In this document: positions 21,257-32,982 of the stretch, one piece after another
How positions within the stretch are numbered: position 1 is the first letter of the stretch
Layout: every line of letters begins with the position of its first letter
Assembly (NCBI GenBank): GCA_020891255.1
Contig: BQFW01000001.1
Coordinates: 372,001 to 436,000, forward strand
Source of the DNA: Entomortierella parvispora E1425
Lineage: Eukaryota; Fungi; Mortierellomycota
Length of the DNA: 64,000 bases
Reading direction: 5' to 3'
Notes under the pieces: model-generated
Databases searched by the model: none
What the model saw: only the letters and a program-made list of their open reading frames with translations
Told to the model about the DNA's origin: nothing
Program-made: the position numbers and the translations under genes

Positions 21257-23009
21257 GCTTTTGCATTGAAAAAGAAATGGTGTCATTTGGGCGGATATCA
21301 TCATGCACTGCCCCTGCTATTCCACCACTCCAAATCGACTCAAACAGCCTGCTCACAACACGACTCAAACCATCAGCCGAACGCCGTCACCCGAGACACA
21401 GCCCTCTTCAAGACCTCAGCAATGTCTATCCTCTCCTGGCGCATGATCCACAGAAGAATAAAAAAAAAAAACGATATGAACATCATCCCCGGACGAGACA
21501 CAAGATGTCGAACCCCGATACCATGCTTTCTATTTTCACCGTGCACGCGATAAGCGATGCCTGCCTCTAAGCAGATCATGGCCCCTGTCGTTTCTTCTTC
21601 ATAGAAGCCATCAAATCTAGGGTTTGCCCTGAATCTCAAGAGATCTAAACCGTATTGACTCACAATACTGAGCGCCATTGCCTGATTTGATGCCAAAGGT
21701 ATCTCTTCTAGAGGGGCATCTTCCTCTCGTAACCTTCTTCCAGACTGCCTTGTTTGACTTGTGTCTTTCACACAAACAACCAAAAAAAAGAAAAAAAAAA
21801 AGAACGTAGTTAATTCACATGCGACATGATGCAATGCAACCACCACCACCACCACCACCACCACCATCAGATTCTTCATTCTCGCATGATCCTGCATTCA
21901 TTTGTCATTCGATTCCATGACTCTTCCTCGCCGAGAGCTTTAGAGACAGAACTGGCACTTCATACAAGTATTGGGACGCAGCTTGTCAGCCAATTGATGG
22001 GCCACTGCTCAGGTGCACAGAATGTGTGCCTTTTTTTTTTGTCTGCTTCGTCCCAAATCCACACTCCACAAGGACCATGGTCCTTCTGCTACCATGATCC
22101 AAGGCTACATCACTCTCGCGCGCACTCACACACGAGAGCACAGCTCGCGCAATTAAGGTATTTGAAATGCAGCCACTGATGCCCCCTGCACGCCACTTTC
22201 CTTTTACCCCTACTTCTGCAGCACCACCAGGTCTTTACGAGCAGGAAACCATGTTGCCTGCCAAGCTTCTGACTCTGCTCGTCTTCATGGCGCCGTGCAA
22301 GCTAACTTTGTGAGGCACAGCCCTTGCAGGGCGTCTCTTTGCCCTTCAAGGTCCTCAAGACTCTGCCTCCCTGGCAAGCAGCATTGCTCTTTGGGAGAAA
22401 GCCCCTTCCCTTTGGTGACCTCATGACCGTTTCTTCCCCAGAGTGTCCAGGCTTACGCTGCAACCTCCCAAACAACAAGATTCACCTCTTTGCAAGCAAG
22501 TCTTGACTGCTCGGACCTCCCGACTTTTAAGACCAGCTGTGCCTTTGCAGATGACCTGCAGCAAGCACTCTCTAGAGCATGCTCGGCCATCTCAATCCCT
22601 GTGATAATCAACAGCGCCCTCCTCCATGGCCCCCCTCCTCGAGGGCACCCCCTGGCCTTGCTTCCTGGCCGTGCTTCCTGGCCGTGCTTCCTGGCCGTGC
22701 TCCCTGGCCCGATTCGCGTTTGGGTCAACAAGAAAAGCAGTCCCACATCGAAAGTGCAGCCCTTAAAATTGGCCCATGCGTCTGGCCGGACAAGATCACG
22801 AACGCGTCTGTTCACCTATCCATCCAAGGCACTGGGGAACAAGAGCGCGCCTTCCATCCAGTCGAGATCCTGATAAGGAACCACGGCTCCTTCCTTGCGA
22901 TGCTCTTTTGCCGCGATGAAAACGAGGATTGTCGACGCGTGACAACAAGAGGTTTCTCTCATCAGTTTTGCGGTCGTCCAACTATAGTTGGCCAGAAGAT
23001 CTTTGAACA

Positions 23010-24075
23010 GTAAAGTCTACTAGTAAAAAGTCATTTCTTTCACCTGGGACTCGTCTAGAACAATCGATCTAGCTCATGATATCCAATATCCACGTCTTTC
23101 TCTCAACTCGTCAATATGCGGCCGGTTCATAGATTCACTACATAGCTCGATCCACTTGCGGTTGTCAGTTTTTTTTTGACGAGTTGGGCAAAAAGAAAGG
23201 ACCCTCGATTTCATAACAAGGATCGATTCTCCTCAGTGAGGGGAGGACAACCCAATTGGTCCTAGGTGAAAGGGATGATTTTTACTAGTCGACATTGCTG
23301 TTCGAAATGTTTCGGCTGCCTGCTTGAGTATGTGAGTAGGATCTGAGGATCGATCGTTTCTTGACGAGTCGGGCAAAAATCGCAAATCGTTGGTGTTATG
23401 GTATGGATCGATGCTCCTCGACAAGGGGAACACAAAGCAGTTGGTGCCAGGTGAAGGGGGGTGACTTTTTACTAGTCCACATTGCTGTTCAAAGATCTGC
23501 TGGTCAATGAACCGACCGAACGCAGCATCTGCGATGGAAGAAGGAAATTCTTCGTTCAATCGCAAATGTTGCGATGAGTGACCCAGCGGATGGATCTATG
23601 GATTGTTGGTTTTTTGACGAGTTGGGCAAAAATCTTGAATCCTTAGTTTTACCACATGGACCGATGCTTCTCGACGAGAGGAACAAAACGCACTTGGTCC
23701 CACATCAAGGAGACAATATTTTACTAGTCGACATTTGAGGACCAAATGGCCTCCGCTTCGAACAGCAATGTTGACTAATGAAAGCTGGTATCCCATGCGC
23801 AAGACCCGGTGCTTTGCAATCCTCTTTCCAAGGAGCATCGACTCGTACCATGCAATGAAGGATTCGCGAGTTTTGTCCAACTCGTCAAAAAACCGACAAT
23901 CCACAGATCCATCAGTTCGTCACTGGGTCACTCAACGCAACATTTGCGATAGGAAGAAGAATTTCCTTCTTCCTATCGCAAGTGCTTCGTTTGGTCTGTG
24001 GGCATCATATCGCGACGCAACATTTACGACAGGAAGAAGATTTTCCTTCTTTCTATCGCAGATGCTTCGTTCGGC
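23010..24075. repeat. Complex of direct and inverted ~200-nt units with GCGATAGGAAGAAG hairpins
   Basis: TTTTGACGAGTTGGGCAAAAA…TTTTTACTAGTCGACATT units at ~23170, ~23357 and ~23608; an inverted copy at ~23750-23900; a 16-bp-stem hairpin at 23944-23981. Confidence 0.8.
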
Positions 24076-25775
24076 CATTCCGTTTGCGCCTGGGTACATT
24101 GAGGGAGCATGTGGGGGTGGAGAAGCGGTACAAAGGGAAAGCGACCAAAAAAAAAAAAAAAAAAAAAAGATACGCGGCCATCCACTTGTTCTTTCTCCCT
24201 TGTCTTGACCTCCTGAACTGTGACTCTGAGGCCTCCCACCGAAGATCCGCGAGCGTTTGGACTAAACTTTTGTATTGAACGTTCCGCATCGTTGACAACT
24301 TTACAACTCTGTGCCCTCACTACGGACTGTCTGCATCGCTATGATCCAAGTCGTTGGCCCTCTCTGATTATTTTTCGAAAGTCCATGCACCGAGGCAACT
24401 TGATGGACAACAAACAATAAGTTTATTAGGAATCTGCATTGGAGGCAATTCTGCTGGCACACCTTCCCCGCAGGAGCCCCCAAGTCTAAGGTGATCCCAA
24501 GAGTCATGTCTGTTATTCATGGATGGTCTCAAAGTTGTAGAAACCTGTCGCCTTGTCCAATGTAGGCGACGGCTATTATAATTTCGTGAGAGAGGAGAAA
24601 CAGTATATGCTATCAATATCATGTGTGTTTGGATAGACACCATATTATCAGCGGGGATTTGCTGAATCCAGTGCCTTCTGTTGAGCCGACTTGAAGGCCG
24701 ATGATGTAGCATCCTGCCAATCGAGAGCCAACTGTTGTTGCAGCTCGCATTACAGCAGGCAGGTCGTCGTTGGTCAAGATGGGTTCTTGGAGGTAAGGGT
24801 CTTTGGGGTGAAGAGGGGGTTCTTCAGGAACAAGGGGGTCTTTAGAGAGAGGAAGGGCATCTCCTGGGAGAAGATAGTTGGTGGGGTGAAGCACAGAATC
24901 TTCGGAAGGCATGGGGGCAGGCATGGGGGAGGCAATTGAGCTTTCGAGTTGGAGGGAAAGGGAGGGCAGGTACTGTACTTGGATTGGATCCTGGTGAAGT
25001 GGGGCACAAGGAGGTACACGCAGCACGACATCATGCTCTAGAACAAAACACCCGCGACTGAAAGCTTTCGAAGACCAACAATTGACCCAGACGCGCGGAC
25101 TATGAAAAATGTTCGAGGAATTCTTGTCCTCCCGAGAAAATATGGAGCACTGTTGTACCAATAGAGACAACGGTCCTGCGCCCAGAGATACCTGTTTCAC
25201 GGAGGATCCACGTGGCAACAATGGGCCCATAGCCCTGGACTGGAATCTCTGTTTAGGTCGTGCGAGATGCTGAGGGCGACTTGGTTAATGTAGGTTGCGC
25301 AGAGGAACTTGCCAAATGACAAACATGACAAACACGACAACATCGAGTGCACGCCTATTTTTTCTTTTAATCGCCCGACTCGAGGAGAAGTGAGACAATA
25401 ATGCCTCACAACGATCGACTGGGGCTTCGGCTCCCACGGCGGACCTTGAACAAAGATTTGAACTTAAACGAGGGCCTGGAAGTGGACATGAAGTAAGTGG
25501 GCTAGGAGGCTTGGGCAACTCCATGTGGTATTCGTGAGGACATACTTGCAACGGAAGGTGGGAATGGAGAGGAAGGCGAGGCCCCGGTCGAGTGACTGCG
25601 ATTCGCCACCAAATTGTACGTTTTTTTTTGGTGTGTGATCGTTGATTGCACTGCACTGCATTGCATTCCACTCCTCATTCACAAAAGCGCCTGCTGACAA
25701 TATATATTCTCGCTCCGTTGCGTTCTTCCACTTGATCCAAGCGTCCACTACTGTTGATCTACTCATTTAGCGTCA

Positions 25776-27325
25776 ATGTCAACAGATCCGTGGGTGTACA
25801 CAAGGGTCAGAAAGTTTGAGTTTCTTCCAACGGCGTCTTCTCTCGTGAAAAAAGACTACTTCGCCCGCATCTTCAAAAATCCACCCAACGTAGAAGAGTT
25901 AATGGCGAGGACGTGCCCAGGTGGTACTGACCTTTATACTTTTCGATCTGATTTCAGCACAGCACGCAATTTACTGTTCAAACGGCTAACAGGGCTTGTT
26001 CTTGATTCTCTAACTCTCTCACTGAATTAGAAACTGCAGCGGCACATTCACCCAATATCACCATGACCGATAGGTCTCTTGTCGGTCCCTTCCGTCTTTT
26101 ACAATTCTGGCCATCCAGCAAGAACTGTGAGAACATTTTTCGAGCTGCATTATTCCTTCGCAACAACCTACAGATGAGAACACGGCGGCTGGATATTATG
26201 ATCGCCTCTCCAATCAGCAGGGATGGCCAGTTGTTCAAGGAAATGGCAGCAGATTTAGCAAATTTCGAGCCAGGATTAAGAGGTGTTGCATCTGCGTCAC
26301 TTTACTCCCTCTATGAACGCATCGTCCTCGAGAGGAGAAATCTGGACGGCTTTCTTTCTCAGTCTGTCAGTGAAGAATGGACAGATACCCGCCTGTCTTG
26401 GCTGGCAAAGGAGTTGGTCAGTATCGACGACACTATCAATGTACGAAAAACATCCAAAGAGGTATCAGATTGCGCAAGGCAGCTCTACGAAGGAAGTGGG
26501 CCAATTGGGTTGTCAGAGAAAATCATGGTCAATGACATGGCAGGCTTGGGCCCGTCAAGCTCAGAGGTGACAGTCAAAGTTCGACATATCATGGAACGCC
26601 AGACTGCTGGAAAAAGTGTGCCAATTGGGAGGTCAGAAGCAGCAACCATGGCTAACCTCATGTCAGGGGTTGGATCGCCAAATGCAGCAGAATCCATGGC
26701 GACTCAACAAACCATGGGTCTCCAGCCCTCTGGAGGAATCTCAGTAGTTGACACGAAACAAGGATCTTCTGTCGCACTCCCCGACAATGCTGTGTCCGCG
26801 CCATCCTCGCCCAACAGATCATCCACAGATATCACTGATTCCGAAAACCATGCGATACAATGGACGCGGCAGCAGCTTGTCGCACCAATGCAGCCGCATG
26901 TGCATTCGCCGCTACAAGAGTCGTCACGAACGCTACAATTGTCAAATCAAGGCTCACCATCACCTTCTTATACCAAGCGCGCGTCTTCTCCTGCGCCTTC
27001 AGATACGACAGGGAATGATGACAGGAAGCGAATGGCATCCTCAGTCGACCAAGATATATGTCGTTTATATCGTAATCTGGACGATATTTTGGAAAAAGTA
27101 ACTAGAATGGAAATGATTCTGAAGTCTCTTCAGTTAGCCAATGGCCTTCACGATCACCTCATCGACCAAATCTCAGCCCTTGGTCGCCAGCTCTCAGTCC
27201 ATGATCGCCAGCTCTCAGTCCATGATCGCCAGCTCTCAGTCCATGATCGCCAGCTCGCAGTCCATGATCGCCAAATTGCGATACTATTCGACAGGAACCA
27301 AGCTGTTGATCACACGTCGATATGA
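25776..27325 (+). CDS. Uncharacterised protein U1 (480 aa after splicing), paralogue of 52610-53917
   Basis: Exons 25776-25923 and 26031-27325 (phase-1 intron). Shares FRLLQF…N.EN..RA.LFL..NL…AADLA..EP.L.GV…L.S.YER…ER.NL…WTDT..S.LAKELV with U2. Confidence 0.75.
27184..27273 (+). repeat. 21-nt coding repeat (RQLSVHD heptads) in U1
   Basis: tcgccagctctcagtccatga x4 plus a partial unit. Confidence 0.92.
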
Positions 27326-27947
27326 GATCCCACCCAGTTGACCCCGAAGCTCCACAGGTCTTTCCCGCTCTGCTGAGTGGGACAGCAGGACACCTTTTCA
27401 TAAAGCTTAGCGATGCTCATGAATGAATAACAGTGGGAGCACATGAATTAAATGATGGAAGCGACAGTGTCGAACTTTAACATTTATAGAGGTCGTTTGT
27501 GAGGTTGAATTCTTACAGGGGGTTGAAATACTGTAGACAAAAGGGGCCAATCTCAGTGGGGTTGAGAAAAGCCCGAAAACTTCAATTTACGGGTGTGGGG
27601 AGTGAGGACAGCCCTCAAACACAAATCTGACGCGGTCCAAGGGGGGTGAGACTAGTGATTGTAACCGGCGAAAATGTTCGCTGGTCAAGGATTTTTTTAG
27701 GCCGCTTTTTAGTTAGTCGCCTGTTTTTTTTAGTCCTCGGGCGAATTGACTGGCGGTGCATTTCTTTAACCGCGCCAAAAGCTTCGCCAAAGCATTAGCT
27801 GGCGGCCACCATGGTTAACCAAGATGGAAAAGAGGTGTAGGTATCATTTCTGTGTTGCAGCTTAGGGTATCATCAGTTCTTTCAGTGGTAACATCTTCGA
27901 TCAAGTGCGTTTTTTTTACTTTTATTGAAGATAGAGAAATAGAGAAA

Positions 27948-30616
27948 CTAAACGTTGAAGCCCTTGTCATTCGCAGACGAAATGCACTTTGATGCATAGT
28001 GAGAAAAGACGATGTCACTGACAGTATCAGACGTCAGACGAGTACGCTTGTCTGTAACTGTGTTGCCAGCAAAACTGAACATGCGCTCCGAAGCTACAGA
28101 GGTAGCAGGCATAGCAAGATACTTCCTTGCCAATTGTGCCATGAGTGGATACTCGTCTTTGTTTTCCCTCCACCAATGGAATGGATCAACAATTGCACGC
28201 TCTCTTGGTCGAGCGAAATACCTTGTGGCCTCATCTCTCGCCGTTACTGGAGTAGGGATCCGATCCTCATCCGTTTCAAGATACGCAAATACACTGTCCT
28301 TGTGACTAATAGCTTCGACAGGGTTCGAGGGAGCCGCCTCAGGAACTGGCTCCCGATCCGCCAGCCGCATACATTCTGCCCGAATCTTAGTCTTGATCAA
28401 CCCGACGCGGTCTTCATCGCGGATATACCAAAGGTTATGGAACGATGGGTGAAACGCAGATGCAACTATCACAGTATCTGTCAACTCGACCCTGTTCTCG
28501 AGCTCAATCACCAGATCATCGCGGAAGTCGGCCATAGGTCCGACCTCGATCTCCATGCCCCGTAGTTGTGCAGCAATTGACATTACCCAAGGAGCCATGG
28601 TCGCCAAAGTACCGTTCTCCGACGAGGAGAATATCTGCGTAGTCCGGAACATAGGCTTAAGAATCTCGATGAGTATGTCGATTCGACGCCATGACGCAGG
28701 GGCAGGGAGGCGTTCCCTGAGCTTGGCAGCAGCGACAGGGTCTGCCTCGTCGCCATCACTTAGCCTTTGAAGGACATCTTCCATGGACTTGAGTAGATGT
28801 CTTGCCCGCTCAAGCATCGTCAGGGTGCTGTTCCATCGGGTGACAACGTCCATCATCACAACCAACGCTCTCGAGGTTGGGTTGAGACGTTCTTGAGACC
28901 CTTGAAGCAACTGAGTCATTTTCGGGCTTGAGTGAAACAATTTGCACAACTTGTGGACACTGTCAACAAGGCTCCGGATGTCGTAGTGTTCGTCAACCTC
29001 CAGTGTGCTCTTGATTGCATTATGTACACTGTGGGCCAGGCATGGGATTCGAGGTAAAGACGACATGGCGCACGCATTCTCCACAGCCCTGGCGCTGTCA
29101 GTAGTAATCGAATTGATCATCAGATTAAGATCCCATTTGAAGATTATCTCCCCTATTCAGAGTCATGAAAAAGAACCAAAGTCAGGAAAAAGATCATCAT
29201 GTAGATTTCAAGGACAACGCACCATCAAATCATGGACTTACTAATTAGACCTGCCATCGCAAACGCAGTGTGCGGATAAGGTTGAGGAGCCATGTCCAAT
29301 GCACACTCATGTTGGTGAAAGTTGCTATCCAGCCACTGGAACGTGAAAGACATAAATGGCTTTCCAGCATCACTTGTCCAACTGTCAATGGTCATTGAAC
29401 CACTGATACAGCTCCGATCCAAGAGGGTTTTGAGACGTTCAGTCAACATCAATCGATGGTCCAGAAGGCCAGTCCTCGCAGTGCGGCCACAAGGAATCGT
29501 AAGAGATGAGTTGAAGAGACGGATAAAGGCTCTAAAATAGTCCGAGTCCAACACGCTGAAAGGTTGCATATCTGAGACCAGCCAGTTCAATGCGGAGGTG
29601 AGGATGACCTTGTTGCTTGGGATAGTTGACATTGAGTCACGGATAGACGTTTGTGTCATTGTCACATCCTCGCCATTCCTGTGTCCACCTTTGAGCTCGG
29701 TATAGACTGAGCGATGCGCCTTCTTGAAATGGTAATTAAGAGTGGAGGAGGAACTCTTTGGAGAAAAGACGCTATTGCAGTGGGGCTGCCCACAGATCAA
29801 CTTCCACTGCATTTGCCCGCCTATCTTCTTCTGTCCAGCCTTAAAATATAGCTTCCATACCCCTACAAAACAAAAAAAAAAACTAGCCCAGGAAGGTTTT
29901 AACAACTGCATCAAACAAATCAAACGTAAAGGCATACCAGGAGCTTCGGGGGGAGGATTGGGATCAGGGGGTAAGTCTCCAGTGGAGTCGTTGGATCGTT
30001 CTGGCCTCAGGATTGGAGGGAAAATAGGGCGCGACGGTTGAGGACTTAGTAATGGATGTAGTGCCTCACGGAACAAAAGGGTAGGCGTAAGGCTCCTTTC
30101 CCTTTCTTCAGAAGCAGAAAAGGCGTCTTGATCAAAATAGGCATCGTCGTCAACATCAGAATCAATGCTGAACGGGTCAATGGCTGACTCTTCTTCATTT
30201 TCATCATCAATTTCAGAATCTTCATCCTCATCTTCAGACTGACTTAGTCTTCGCTTCGGTAGTTGTTTACCAGAACCGCGGGAATTCTGGGATGCATCAT
30301 CCGTAACTACGGCCGGGGGAGAAGATGCAACTGCTGAAGCTTGAAGGACTGACGAAGAAGTCGATGCAACTGTTGAAGATCGCAGGGCCGATGAGCTGGG
30401 TGACACCGCCGAGGAGGAAGATGCAGCTGTTGAAGACCTCTGGGTTGACGAACTGGACGTACGGTTTGACGGTTGAAGGACTGACGAAGATGATGATGCA
30501 CCTATTGACGATCGCAGGGTTGGGGGTCGTCGTGTTGGCAGCACCGGCATGGGCACAGATTTACGAGGACGAACAACAGGCTTGGGGCGTTCCTTGACCC
30601 TCTTTTTGGGAGGCAT
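27948..30616 (-). CDS. hAT transposase (834 aa): BED zinc finger, RNase-H-like core, hATC dimerisation domain
   Basis: Exons 30616-29938, 29862-29242 and 29152-27948 join in frame (2505 nt). Motifs: VWKLYF…ICGQPHC…HFKKAH; TIDSWTS; ITTDSA; CLAHSVH; DVVTRWNST; WW…YP…LARKYLAMPATSVASERMFS. Confidence 0.93.
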
Positions 30617-31029
30617 GGTTTCTAGTGAATTTTTAAAAAAAAAAAGTGAAAAAAAATTAGCACGTGATTCATACGCGTCTGCATTTGACAACGAGTAAAA
30701 ACTAACCAGTGGTTGCAACACTTGGGAAGGCTGGAGATCAGGAAACCAATACACCAGACTCGGCTTTTATAACGAGAAGACAGTGAGCAACCAAAGGCTC
30801 AAAGGCTATACGGATATTGAGCAGGGGCACAGCATTGGTCCAGACCTGAGAGATACAGTGGTACCCCTGCTCACTCTGGAAGGAAGGGGATGGGGGGTTC
30901 ACCCAGCCAAGTATCAGGACCCGGACGATAACGTGTTTCCATTGCAAATGGAAAGGAAGTAAAGTAAAAACGTGGTCCCTGACAAACGAGCGGACAGGGA
31001 TGCAAGACAGCGACATAATGAATTCACGG

Positions 31030-31850
31030 TTTTCCAGGGTCATGACCCAGACCCCTGACGAGCAAGTGCTTGTTCCAATGAAAGGTGAGTAGATAGGGGG
31101 GCGAGAATGACTCATAATGAGAGTAACCAAGCCTGAATCCAGTGAAAGGTGAGTGGACAGGGAACCGGACAGAGACATAATGAACGAATCCACTTTTTTC
31201 CAGGGTCATGAGGAGCCAGGACATGCAAAAAAGGCGAGAGAACAAGGGAACCGGACAGAGACATAATGACATAATGAGATAATGAGGGAATCCACTTTTT
31301 TTCCGGGGACATGAGGAGCCAGGAAATGCAATGAAGGCGAGAGAACCAGGGAACTGGACAGAGACATTATGAGGGAATTCACTTTTTTTCCAGGGTCATG
31401 AGGAGCCAGGACATGCAAAGACGGCGAGAGAACAAGGGGACCGGACAGAGACATAATGAGATAATGAGGGAATGCCCTTTTTTTCCGGGGACATGAGGAG
31501 CCAGGAAATGCAATGAAGGCGAGAGAACCAGGGAACTGGACAGAGACATTATGAGGGAATTCACTTTTTTTCCAGGGTCATGAGGAGCCAGGACATGCAA
31601 AGACGGCGAGAGAACAAGGGGACCGGACAGAGACATAATGAGATAATGAGGGAATGCCCTTTTTTTCCGGGGTCATGAGGAGCCAGGAAATGCGATAAAG
31701 GCGAGAGAACCAGGGAACTGGACAGAGACATTATGAGGGAATTCACTTTTTTTCCAGGGTCATGAGGAGCCAGGACATGGAAAGAAGGCGAGAGAACAAG
31801 GGAACCGGACTGAGAAATAATCAGGGAATTCACTTTTTTTCCAGGGTCAT
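31030..31850 (+). repeat. Higher-order tandem array inside the hAT (alternating ~95 and ~87 nt monomers, ~182-nt dimer)
   Basis: ccagggtcatgaggagccaggacatg at ~31200, 31389, 31571 and 31752, alternating with ccgggg(a/t)catgaggagccaggaaatg at ~31302, 31484 and 31665. Confidence 0.92.
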
Positions 31851-32241
31851 TGAAGGACGAGAATGGTGAGGAGGAGGAATTCGCGCTGGCATTAAGGAGA
31901 AAATATTTGGGTCAGTGAAAGGTGTTCCGGGGAATGGTCAGGAATCAGGAAGAGGGTAAAGGAAGGAATCTGGGTTTTCACTTCCAGAAAAGCGGAGAAG
32001 CGGAGAAGCGGAGTGTACGACAAGGAAACTTGTATGGGACCCTGGATGGGACCCTGTCAGAACATGTGCAGGCGTTAAGGTGAGAAACCAGAACCAAGAC
32101 CACTACGTTTGTGGAGTTAGGACGCCGCAACAACGACAATCCAGCAAAAAGTGAGCGGAGACGATAACAAGGGTATATGAACGAGAGAAAGGCCTCATTA
32201 TCATCCCAATTGTCTTTTTTTTTTTTTTTTTTGGAGCAAGA

Positions 32242-32982
32242 GTGTTGTCACAGATCGACTCGATGCCCAGTCATTCTTTTTTCGAACGGCCTTCTCGAGG
32301 TCGATCCTCGACCCGCAGCCATAGTCAGTCCTCGTCCTCCTGCCGCTCATGGTCACAAGGGTCTTGGGAGTATCCATATTATCTTGGCCAGGGAGCGTCT
32401 CAATCTGAAGCGCCAAGATGCTGTCCTCCTGGCCCCCATGCTGATGGCAGTGATCCTCGAAGACGATCCATGTCCCACGATATTACTTGCTATCTAAGCG
32501 ACTACTTCAGCGAGGAATCATCTCCTTCATCCTCGCCTAGTAATCGATTGCTGAAATCTTCTCAACCGCGCCACGACTCTGTTGAACAGGAGAGTCCAAT
32601 GCATGGTCATCGCGTTCTTTCGCCTCTGTCTCCTGACTGCAAGTGGCTTCCTGAGCGATGCCGTTCCCCGTCACGTCCTTGTGCATTTCTTGGGTGTCGT
32701 TCCGCCGACAATGGTGATGGGCCCACATGTCCTGAGCGAGCTTACATCCGTGAGGGTTCATTGTCACCTTCTTCACTGGTCATGACTTGTTGTCTCCTTT
32801 GTTGCGAGCATGCTCTTCCTGCTACCATTGATGACGACGGTCCTGTTTCATCTCGGACTCGTGGTCGAGCAGTCTTTCGTTCCCCATCACCTCTGCATTC
32901 CTCAGATACTCCTACTTCCGCAGGCAACAAAAGATTACATTTTGCTCTCAAAGAGCTCGCAAAAAAAAGTAGATACACGTAG
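32242..32982 (+). CDS. Ser/Arg/Pro-rich ORF or exon carried inside the hAT element, function unknown
   Basis: 246-codon ORF preceded by a poly-T tract and AG, oriented divergently from the transposase; no domain recognised. Confidence 0.35.
   Translation: MLSQIDSMPSHSFFERPSRGRSSTRSHSQSSSSCRSWSQGSWEYPYYLGQGASQSEAPRCCPPGPHADGSDPRRRSMSHDITCYLSDYFSEESSPSSSPSNRLLKSSQPRHDSVEQESPMHGHRVLSPLSPDCKWLPERCRSPSRPCAFLGCRSADNGDGPTCPERAYIREGSLSPSSLVMTCCLLCCEHALPATIDDDGPVSSRTRGRAVFRSPSPLHSSDTPTSAGNKRLHFALKELAKKSRYT

Noticed and set aside
22320-22600. Non-LTR reverse transcriptase relic (CAFADDL)
   Set aside because: Only the FADD-like motif is visible; the upstream QGxPLSP motif could not be recovered convincingly.
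24200-25766. Possible decayed minus-strand gene or transposase
   Set aside because: Fragmented ORFs with no motif I can identify.
31030-31850. CRISPR-like look of the regular array (also 43131-43790)
   Set aside because: The intervening sequences are copies of each other rather than unique spacers, there are no cas genes, and the DNA is eukaryotic.
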